DNA of 18,530 nt, counting the filler, from an uncultured virus (IMG/VR IMGVR_UViG_2061766007_000706) (lineage: Duplodnaviria; Heunggongvirae; Uroviricota; Caudoviricetes). It is 2 parts of one record of this genome, joined end to end, with 100 filler letters (N's around TTAATTAATTAA, not from the genome) between each part and the next. Parts side by side here need not be neighbours in the genome. Positions count along the whole stretch, not along the records: positions 1 to 8,742 come from IMGVR_UViG_2061766007_000706; positions 8,843 to 18,530 come from IMGVR_UViG_2061766007_000706. One strand, given 5' to 3'. The notes beneath the pieces are model-generated. The model was given only the letters and a program-made list of their open reading frames with translations. It ran no database searches and was not told the origin of the DNA. Within the stretch, counting starts at the first letter, position 1, and every line of letters begins with the position of its first letter. Position numbers and translations under genes: made by a program. Shown here in pieces: positions 8,293 through 17,006 of this stretch.

Positions 8293-8699
8293 TCAAACGT
8301 CTAATCCCCAACGGTGAATCACCGCAAAGCCCATCGGAACGCGCCGAACGTCAATCCATGCCGTGAACCGCTTGCCCGTGCAATCATACGGAGAGCAGAT
8401 TTCGGGATAAGCAAGGGATGCTTCGGCCATTTCCCGGATTTCTTCAATAGTTTCTCCGTCATCGGCAAGGATTCCGAAATCATAACCGCCCTCGCCATCT
8501 TCATCAAACAGATNNNNNNNNNNNNNNNNNNNNNCTGCGCTAACGGATCAACCTTATACTGGTTAATCCGGCGAATTTCCCGGCGATATTTCCGAATGAA
8601 TTCTGCCGTTGCGCTATCGCGGGTAATCGGAAATTCTTTACTGTTTTCCTTGACGAATCGGATCATATCGTAGGCATCTCTCAAGGCACTGTGTTTCAT
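8293..8699 (-). CDS. Hypothetical phage protein
   Basis: MKHSALRD...; after the gap the likely true frame is LFDEDGEGGYDFG...CSPYDCTGKRFTAW...WGLDV-stop; AAGGAGGTAA RBS. Confidence 0.7.
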
Positions 8700-8742
8700 G
8701 GTTCTTACCTCCTTAATCAATTCCATAGTTGAATTTGATATC

Positions 8743-8842
8743 NNNNNNNNNNNNNNNNNNNNNNNNNNNNNNNNNNNNNNNNNNNNTTAATTAATTAANN
8801 NNNNNNNNNNNNNNNNNNNNNNNNNNNNNNNNNNNNNNNNNN
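8743..8842. other. Artificial 100-nt contig linker
   Basis: Exactly N44 + TTAATTAATTAA (stops in all six frames) + N44. Confidence 0.93.
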
Positions 8843-9008
8843 CAACGTCATACGGGGTAACGGAGCATTTCAACTTCCCGGCGAGATAAGCACACCACAG
8901 GTTAGCGATCCGTTCAAAATTTTTTTCCGGGCTTCCGTAATCGTCCTGTCGATCCCCGTTGACCATCTTATCCGCGTTTACAAGAATGTCTTTTCGGTTC
9001 ATGGTCAT
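8843..9008 (-). CDS. DUF6378 domain protein, truncated by contig end
   Basis: RKDILVNADKMVNGDRQDDYGSPEKNFERIANLW.AYL. Confidence 0.8.
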
Positions 9009-9036
9009 NNNNNNNNNNNNNNNNNNNNNNNNNNNN

Positions 9037-9707
9037 ACCTTAACGATCTTCAGCCGCGTTCCTTTCGGTACGATGATATGATAATCACTTGTGCCGTGAT
9101 ACTTCCTGTCCGGGGCGATATCCCGGTTCAGATCTTCATCTTCCCCGAAAATAGCTTTCAACAGCTGTTCACACTTTTTACATTCTTTTTCATCATAGCA
9201 TTCATCAAGGTTAATGAACCGCCAACCGTCACCAAGCATGGACGCGGTATGTTCTGCCATACCTTTATAAGTAAAACGCATCGCCAGATCCAAAGAGTTT
9301 GTCAACACGGGCTGTTTATTGCGCCATTCGGAGAAGAATTCAAATACACCGGCCCGAATACGCCTGTAAACAACAAACCCGGCTTCGCTTTTCACGTCTT
9401 CTTCATCATCCGGGGCGATATCCGGTTCATCCGGGGCATCTTCCTGCGGATCTGCTCGCATTTCAACGTTCACTTCACCGGCGTTTTCCGGGGTTTCACC
9501 GGTCACACTATCCCCGAACGGATCAAAGCCGAACCATTTATCCCGGCGCGTGATCTGAAGGGAATACGCGTCATAAAAGCTAATCAGCATATCGGCAAGA
9601 ATATAATCCGGGGTATCACAGGCATTCTCCAAACCGTACTTGTTGATAAGCGCGGTCAAATCTTTACGGAAGTTTTCAATGTTCTCACTGGGAATCGTTC
9701 TGTTCAT
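9037..9707 (-). CDS. Multi-domain hypothetical phage protein (3' end in gap)
   Basis: AAAGGAG RBS, ATG at 9707; LINKYGLENACDTPDYILA N-terminal domain and acidic linker. Confidence 0.7.
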
Positions 9708-9735
9708 TTTGGATCTCCTTTCGCGTGTAGCTTTT

Positions 9736-10075
9736 TCAGTCTTCGCCGCATACTGGCGTGGCATCATAGGTCTTGCGTTTCTCCATCACAACATCAATAA
9801 TCGCTGTTGCGCACCGGGCGCAGATGTGTATTTTCCGTTTATCTCCGGTATGGAAACACTTTTTCTTGATTTCCCAGTGCCATTCGCACCGGTCAATCTG
9901 CGGTTCACGGCAGATATCANNNNNNNNNNNNNNNNNNNNNNNNNNNNCAATAGTATTCCCGTTCCGGGATTCTACCGCCCATACAACTGTAATTGGGTTC
10001 ACCGTCTACCGGCAACGTCCAACGCCTCATGTTTTCGCACGTTCGGCATCGTTCCGGTATATCTTGTTCTTTCAA
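9736..10075 (-). CDS. Cys-rich hypothetical protein(s), one or two genes across the gap
   Basis: AAAGGAGG RBS, TTG at 10075 (MKEQDIPERCRTCENM...); after the gap DICREPQ...HICARC... Confidence 0.55.
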
Positions 10076-10635
10076 GGCGATCCTCCTTTCTCTCCGTGTT
10101 CAAAACGGGCTTTTGTTGCGCTGTAGGTTGCACAGGCGAAATCAAAATCTTCCGATTCACCGTTTCCCCATCCCAACAGATCAAAATGCCCGTCACCATC
10201 ATATGCACCGCAACACCGACAGCGGAAAGAACCGTTCATTCCCATAAAATACGCTTTGCCACAATCCTTACAGCGGGCAAGCACGGATGAATCCTGACCA
10301 GCGAATTCATACTTACCCTCATTCCACGCATCCGTTGCATCAAACTTCATACCGTCATAGCCGATTACAACCGGCTTTTTAATATCTTCCCGGAACCGCT
10401 GAATCTTCTGGTTATCTTTTTCTGAAAGAACGCCTTTCACCTCAAAGAACGTATCAGAATCGGGAAGATAGAAATCTGGTAGATACCGTGTCCCATCAGT
10501 CAACTGATACCCTTCCGGCTCATATTCAAACCGAATATCAAGGCTTTCAAAGAATACCGCCCATCGCGCTTCTAAACGTGAACGGAAACGGTACCCCTTA
10601 TACTCCGTTTCAATCGGCTTGATTGTTTCGGTCAT
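10072..10635 (-). CDS. PD-(D/E)XK nuclease family phage protein
   Basis: YKGYRFRSRLEARWAVFF, YEPE, YLPDFYLP, FEVKG; C-terminal CxxC pairs. Confidence 0.8.
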   Translation of the reverse strand: MTETIKPIETEYKGYRFRSRLEARWAVFFESLDIRFEYEPEGYQLTDGTRYLPDFYLPDSDTFFEVKGVLSEKDNQKIQRFREDIKKPVVIGYDGMKFDATDAWNEGKYEFAGQDSSVLARCKDCGKAYFMGMNGSFRCRCCGAYDGDGHFDLLGWGNGESEDFDFACATYSATKARFEHGEKGGSP

Positions 10636-11286
10636 TCCGGTTCCCATCCTAATTGCACACCTTCTTTCAATCGGTTCGTGATAATGTCAAAATACTTCGG
10701 TTCGATTTCAAATCCGAGGAATCGTCTGCCCATCTGCCGCGCCGCAACCGCCNNNNNNNNNNNNNNCGGGTTGACTATGCTTTTCAATACACTGTGCAAT
10801 CAACGGTACGGGTTTTTGATTCTGATGTACTTGTTTCGGGCCGGATACCCGGTCAAACGTCCAAACGTCCGTTAACCGCTTTCCGTTGATTTCTGCACGC
10901 CCTTTGTTCAAGAGCAAGCACGGTTCATATTGCTGTCCAAATTGCGCTTTCAAGTCACCGGCTGTCCAGTTATTCTTCACCCATATGATCGTGTTTTTCA
11001 GCCTAAAATGTGCATCTTGAGCCGCATTTTTGAAGAAATCAAGCGTTTTTGACGAACAAAACACATAACACGCTTTATCTTGTTTCAAAATCCGATAACA
11101 TTCCTTCATATAATCAGTGATTAAATCCGGGTTATCATCGTTCTGAATTGGAGAACAAAAGTCATGTGTTTTATCCTTTCGATGATTACTTTCGTAGTTG
11201 ATAAGATACGGCGGGTCAGAAACGATCAGATCCACACATTCATCCGGCAACGCCCGCATCCCTTCAATACAATCCTGCAGGATCAC
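10632..11286 (-). CDS. Beta-class N6A/N4C DNA methyltransferase (body; 5' end separated by a C9 frameshift)
   Basis: DCIEGM, VDLIVSDPPY, HQNQKP; after the gap AVAARQMGRRFLGFEIEPKYFDI...stop at 10632; no RBS before GTG 11286. Confidence 0.88.
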
Positions 11287-11407
11287 TTGCGAGGGGGGGG
11301 GTCTGGTCGGTCAAGATGCAGGAGGCAGAGTGCCGGAAATGAAATCCCCGGCTTCCGCTTTCATCTACGAACATAACCCCGTCACCGCCGCAAATGGGGC
11401 ATTGCAT
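11264..11407 (-). CDS. Short CPxC peptide, probable N-terminus of the methyltransferase
   Basis: TGATG start at 11407, MQCPICGG...; runs through C9 and stops 23 nt inside the methyltransferase ORF. Confidence 0.55.
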   Translation of the reverse strand: MQCPICGGDGVMFVDESGSRGFHFRHSASCILTDQTPPLASDPAGLY

Positions 11408-11425
11408 CANNNNNNNNNNNNNNNN

Positions 11426-11880
11426 AAAATCTTCCACAGCCTTATCTGTATCCACCAATTCACCGGTTTTCGGATCAATAAGGCATTCGTGCCATTCCGT
11501 GTTTCCGTCCCGGATCTCACATCGGGGCATAGGGGCATCGGAAAACTTCATTGGTTCATGGAAATTCACCGTTGTGCCGCCTTCGGGGTGTTCATGCCAC
11601 GCTTTGACATACCGCACCGCTTGATACACATTCCACGCCGTATCCGCGTCCCGGAAACATCCGACACCGTATGATGCGCCCATACCGCCCAATTCGGGAT
11701 AGGCGGCTTTCCGGGCTTCCGCAAGGGCATCTTCACACTTCTGCAGACGTTCAGAGAACGTTGGATCGTTCTTTCCATTCGGCCACACGGTCAAATGCCG
11801 GATTTCTTCAAACTGTCCCATCTTAATTCGGGAATAGAATTCACAGGCAAGCGCGACAATCGCCGCCGTTTCTGCGTCCA
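11426..11880 (-). CDS. Hypothetical phage protein (both ends in gaps)
   Basis: Open frame DAETAAIVALACEFYSRIKMGQFEEI...HPEGGTTVNFHEPMKFS... Confidence 0.7.
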
Positions 11881-12191
11881 NNNNNNNNNNNNNNNNNNNN
11901 NNNNNNNNNNNNNNNNNNNNNNNNNNNNNNNNNNNNNNNNNNNNNNNNNNNNNNNNNNNNNNNNNNNNNNNNNNNNNNNNNNNNNNNNNNNNNNNNNNNN
12001 NNNNNNNNNNNNNNNNNNNNNNNNNNNNNNNNNNNNNNNNNNNNNNNNNNNNNNNNNNNNNNNNNNNNNNNNNNNNNNNNNNNNNNNNNNNNNNNNNNNN
12101 NNNNNNNNNNNNNNNNNNNNNNNNNNNNNNNNNNNNNNNNNNNNNNNNNNNNNNNNNNNNNNNNNNNNNNNNNNNNNNNNNNNNNNNNNNN

Positions 12192-13025
12192 GGTCATAAC
12201 CAATTCGGTTTTTAAGCTTGTCGGCAATACCGCGCGGGCTTCCTGCGGGGCACAACCGGCATTCCGCATATCGAAATAGCATCGTTCTGCCGCCGTACAA
12301 GCCGCGTACCATCGTTCATAGGCAAGTGATCCTTCATCAAGGTAAAACGGCTTAATTACCGTGATTTCACCGCCAAACTGCCCTTTTGAATAGTCACAAT
12401 ACCGGGTTGATTCTTGACAATATGACGCGGGACGATGCCGAACTATTTCATGCGATATTCCACGATCACAGATGAACCGGAAAGTGTACCAACTGTGAAC
12501 CAACCGCTGTTCCGGTTCATTGAACTTACCGCCATCAATGGGAATCTTTACCGGGTCAATATCAGTTACCGGATCGAAAATGTATTCATCATCCGGGGAA
12601 ATAAAATCCGGGAAGAATGCTTCATTTTCATGCCACATCCTTTGAATCACATCCGGCACATGATGCGCCATCTTCATTACCCGGCTGATTGCCCGCCACG
12701 CCCGNNNNNNNNNNNNNNNNATATCATCAATTCGGGTCAACCGGATATAATCTTCTATACCGTGCCGTTTCATGTGATCGCATATGTGCTTGATATACCG
12801 GTATGTATCGTTATTCCGTTCAAGGTTAAGCGTTACCCGTGCGTGTTCCAGCACGGCTTCATGACCGCGCTTAATTATCCCGGCGATAAACTTTTCCGCG
12901 CTGTCATCCGTGATTTTATCTTCAGACTTGTAGCAGACGCGCCCGCACAATTCAACGTGCTTTGCCCGCATATTGTGAGGAACATTCCCGCCGATCAATT
13001 CAACTTTAGGGTCAATAATCCGCAC
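12192..13025 (-). CDS. thyX: FAD-dependent thymidylate synthase (3' end in gap)
   Basis: GRVCYKSE, GHEAVLEH, RHRPASYCQESTRY (RHRx7S signature), EARAVLP; GTG at 13025 with GGAGGTG RBS. Confidence 0.95.
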
Positions 13026-13303
13026 TACTTCCACCTCCCCATCATGAAATCGCAAATTGTTTTGATCGTCATTAACGCCCAAAACGTTGTTGCTTCTTTG
13101 TAAATCGCCATGCCGCGATAATATCCATACGAAATATACGCGCCTAAACAGATCATCAGAATCAAAAGCAACTGGGATAGCACTTTCCATGTGTACCACC
13201 AACGATCTTTCCGGCTTACCTTGATAATCTGTTGGTATCCGGCTTTCGTGAATCCCGTTTGTTGCTGTTGTCCGCGATCATAATTCGCACCGGGATACAT
13301 CAT
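13025..13303 (-). CDS. Small membrane protein
   Basis: Hydrophobic stretch VLSQLLLILMICLGAYISY. Confidence 0.65.
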   Translation of the reverse strand: MMYPGANYDRGQQQQTGFTKAGYQQIIKVSRKDRWWYTWKVLSQLLLILMICLGAYISYGYYRGMAIYKEATTFWALMTIKTICDFMMGRWK

Positions 13304-13503
13304 CCGTTGTCACCGCCTATATTGCGCCGTTTCGTGTATTCAACGGTGAATATGCCGAGGGCAATCGTGATAAGGATATACACCGCATAAAGCCACAGCC
13401 ATACGGGGTTCACCCATAACGCAAGCGCAAGGGGTAACAGGATCGTTACCGCCGATGCAAGCAACATACAAATCACGCCAATAAGGGCTAAAATGTCTTT
13501 CAT
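13300..13503 (-). CDS. Small two-TM membrane protein
   Basis: GGAGGT RBS; MKDILALIGVICMLLASAVTILLPLALALW...WLWLYAVYILITIALGIF. Confidence 0.7.
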   Translation of the reverse strand: MKDILALIGVICMLLASAVTILLPLALALWVNPVWLWLYAVYILITIALGIFTVEYTKRRNIGGDNG

Positions 13504-13517
13504 GCTGATAACCTCCA

Positions 13518-15412
13518 TCAATCTTTCGTGAAGAAATCGCCAACCCAACCATCCGCATTCAACGGCAATGTAGAAGCCCACGGGATCGGAGCCGCCATAA
13601 TGCTTGTTACTGCTTCAAGCATCTCTTTGGGCGTTCCAAACGGTTTCATATCTATACACACTTCATCGTGAACATGGAACACAATCGGGAATCCCGCCGC
13701 TTCAAGCCGATCCACAGCACCGGCCAATGCGTCACGGGCAATCGCTTGAACGCAATTTTCAGTAAGTTTCCCNNNNNNNNNNNNNNNNNNNNNNNNNNNN
13801 NNNNNCACCGTTATAGATAATGGATGAACCGCCAAACTGGTTTGTTCCGAGGGACGGGTTGATATAGTACAGACACCGCCCAGACGGAAGCTGGATCACA
13901 AACTTTGAAATACCTTGCGCAATATCGTATTCACGGGATAGCTTCAAACCGCGTACCGTTGCAGATCCACCATTCCCGATTACCTCTATTGCCGCCGCAT
14001 CCATTTCATACCACAGGCTTTTAATCCGGCTGTTTGCATCGCGCCAACGGGTCACGATTTCGGGCAATTCTTCTTCCGTTAAGCCCATTTCCAATGCGCC
14101 CATGTTGATAAGTGCGCCCGTGCCGCCTTGATAGCCCAATGCCAATTCAGCGATTTTACCTTTTGCCCGCAGTTCACCGTTTACGCCGTGTTTGACTACC
14201 GGAACGCCGAACATCTGTGATGCGCTTTCGCAATAGATATCCTTGCCCTCGCGGAATGCATTCAACCGCCATTCTTCACCGGCAAGCCACGATATCACAC
14301 GGGCTTCAATCGCGGAAAAGTCCGCGTCAATCAGTACGTTGCCGGGGCTTGCAACAAACGCCGTTCGGATCAGCTGTGAAAGGGTATCCGGGACAGATCC
14401 ATATACCACACGCAACGCGCCGGTATTCTTTTCTCGGACAAGCTGACGCGCCAATTCGATGTTTTGCGTGTATGTTCGGGGAAGATTTTGCACTTGAACC
14501 AACCGCCCAGCCCATCGCCCGGTACGGTTTGCACCGTAAAACTGAAGGAGTCCACGCACCCGGCTGTCATCGCAAACGCACGTTTCGATAGCGTCATACT
14601 TTTTCGTGCTTGTCTTTGACAACTCTTGACGAATCTCCAATACACGTTTCACGTCACCATCCGGCATACCGTCAAGCATCTTTGACACGGTATCTTTACG
14701 GAGATTCGGCAATTCATCTTCGGATTCCATTGCTTTATTCAGCCACTCCAACAGCTGTTTCCCGCTGTTCGGATTGTCCAACTCCGTTATCCGTGTAGCT
14801 TCCTGCATCAGCCCCTCCCGGCTGACCGCGCCCATATAGAGCGCACCTTGCACCAACTCTTGATCCACTGCCACACCGCGTTTATTGATCGTTAGGTCAA
14901 CTTCCCACTGATGCTGAACCCAATCCGGGACGGGAGTTAAGGNNNNNNNNNNNNNNNNNNNNNCGCGTTGTATTCCTTGAACAACCGCCACTTGTCGATA
15001 TCGTGCCGGGGCAGATTCCGTGTTCTGCCGCCGTTCGCTTTGGAGGGCTTGCAAGGCACACAGAAATAGCGAATAAGGGCTTTACCGGTATTCAGCTTCT
15101 GCTTATCTTCCGGCAATCCTAATGCGCGTCCTGTGGCATCCAGACCGGCGGNNNNNNNNNNNNNNNNNNNNNNNNNNNNNNNNNNNNNCGCCCTATCCAA
15201 ACATCCGAATTCAAATGGGGCATTATAAGCCCGTTTCAGATATTCGGGATCTGTCAATGCGGATCGGAGCCAATCGGGAAGCACTTCACCACAAGCCNNN
15301 NNNNNNNAAGCAGAATTTCAAAATCCGGGGATTCTATATACTTCCATGCACCGGATTTCGTAATCGGAACGCTTGAATATGTTTCAAGGTCAATACTCAA
15401 TGTGTGTTTCAT
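13518..15412 (-). CDS. polA: Phage family A DNA polymerase with 3'-5' exonuclease domain
   Basis: LSIDLETYS (ExoI), AYNAPFE, RTGRW, ADFSAIEARV (motif A), RAKGKIAELALGYQG (motif B), HVHDE (motif C); split in the ORF track only at N gaps. Confidence 0.96.
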
Positions 15413-15505
15413 CTGATAACCAACTTTCTTCCGCAATCATGGAAATAAAGCATGAAAATTACCACGATCACGATGAAAACATACGCAACCGTGGAAAAAA
15501 TCGCC

Positions 15506-15757
15506 TTATACCCGTATAATTCTGCGAACGGGCTTTTTTTTGCGGGACAATGCCTGTTCATACCACTTGTACTGGGGCGTTGTCGGATCAAGATACTTGC
15601 GCCAGTTCATGGCGAAATAGGAACGGTATGCACCGGGCTCCTCGCCCTTCTTTTTCGGTTTCGCATTCGCGTCCCATACTCTGCGCCGATTGATACGATC
15701 AATCCCGGACACCTTCATACGGTTCCGGGCGATGTTCCTTTGAATCGAACGTAACAT
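15506..15757 (-). CDS. Basic hypothetical protein
   Basis: TAAGGAGG RBS, MLRSIQRNIARNRMK... Confidence 0.7.
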   Translation of the reverse strand: MLRSIQRNIARNRMKVSGIDRINRRRVWDANAKPKKKGEEPGAYRSYFAMNWRKYLDPTTPQYKWYEQALSRKKKPVRRIIRV

Positions 15758-15767
15758 GATATCCTCC

Positions 15768-15998
15768 TTACAGATCGAACTCCTGCGTTGAATCGGAGCG
15801 ATCATTCCACTTTTTGACAACTTCTTTTATCGCGCGGGATTTCCGTTCCACCTTTGAAAGATCAATCCGGGGAGAACGGGCATTGCAACAAAGGCATCGC
15901 ACATAACATACTTTAGTTGTTTCGCCGCCGATAAAACCACGGGAAGACTTTTCGATGTACGGTTTCCCGCCGCAAAATGGACACGCTTTGACGATCAT
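15768..15998 (-). CDS. Lar family restriction-alleviation-like zinc ribbon
   Basis: KACPFCGGK...VRCLCCNARS...AIKEVVKKWNDR. Confidence 0.75.
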   Translation of the reverse strand: MIVKACPFCGGKPYIEKSSRGFIGGETTKVCYVRCLCCNARSPRIDLSKVERKSRAIKEVVKKWNDRSDSTQEFDL

Positions 15999-16122
15999 TC
16001 NNNNNNNNNNNNNNNNNNNNNNNNNNNNNNNNNNNNNNNNNNNNNNNNNNNNNNNNNNNNNNNNNNNNNNNNNNNNNNNNNNNNNNNNNNNNNNNNNNNN
16101 NNNNNNNNNNNNNNNNNNNNNN

Positions 16123-16645
16123 CGCAGTAGCACCACCGGCGAGGGGTTCACCGTCACGGGTTTTGAGGATGTTCCCCAAACCACAACCAATACCGCATTT
16201 TCCGGTTTCATGCTTATACGGATAGAACCGAATCGTCACGCGGGCATACATCCCGGAATAAACATCACGGGGATCAAGTTCGGCTTTGATATTGTCCATG
16301 CCGACAACTTGAGGACGCTGACCCTCGTTCGCGGACATACGCAGAACCCAGTGACCCTTGCACTCCGGCCCCCACTCTTCACCGGTTTCGGGCTTCACGC
16401 CATCGCCATCATAGAGGGTATGAACCAGTTTCGCCGGACGCTTGCCGCCCCACTTCTCACGGATACCGACTTCGATAGCCGCTTTCATGGATGCNNNNNN
16501 NNNNNNNNNNNNNCTTGGGAATCAGCGCGGTCATGGTATACTTGGGCTTTCCTTGTCCGTTGATCTGCCGGGGGGTATGGACATTCACATAGGAGCAACG
16601 CACTTCACCGGTTAAGCACTTCTGGGGATCATTCTGATACGGCAT
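16123..16645 (-). CDS. DUF2815 family ssDNA-binding protein (3' end in gap)
   Basis: TGEVRCSYVNV, KYTMTALIPK, LYDGDG, VYSGMYAR, GIGCGLGNILKTRDGEPLAGG; AAAGGAG RBS. Confidence 0.92.
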
Positions 16646-16661
16646 AATTCTTTTTCTCCTT

Positions 16662-17006
16662 TCACAATTCGGCATTGATTTTCTGAATCAACTGTAACAA
16701 CGCTATGGACGTTTCATCTTTGGTCTTGAATTGAACGTTGGATTGTATTTCTTCAAGTTCCTCTTGAACTTCTTGCAGAACGCCCGTCCAATGTTCAATC
16801 GCTTCCTCGACATTGGAACATTCACCGGAACAGTAATTCAACATTTCGGCATCGCTGATTTCATTCAATACCGCGTCCGGGTCTGTTTCATGCCGGAAAT
16901 AGTATTCGGCATCGCTTCCGAGAAGGTCACGCAACATCCGCGCGAAATCTTCATTGTCCCAGATGTTTGTCACCTTTCCACGGATCAGCATTACATTAAC
17001 CGCCAT
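16662..17006 (-). CDS. Acidic hypothetical protein
   Basis: 114-aa ORF filling the space between DUF2800 and DUF2815. Confidence 0.7.
   Translation of the reverse strand: MAVNVMLIRGKVTNIWDNEDFARMLRDLLGSDAEYYFRHETDPDAVLNEISDAEMLNYCSGECSNVEEAIEHWTGVLQEVQEELEEIQSNVQFKTKDETSIALLQLIQKINAEL

Noticed and set aside
13518..15412. polA and other genes appear fragmented or pseudogenised
   Set aside because: Each frame change coincides with an N gap of uncertain length; catalytic motifs are intact.
15409..15591. Hydrophobic 60-aa ORF before polA
   Set aside because: Overlaps the upstream gene by about 85 nt and has no clear RBS; cannot be supported.
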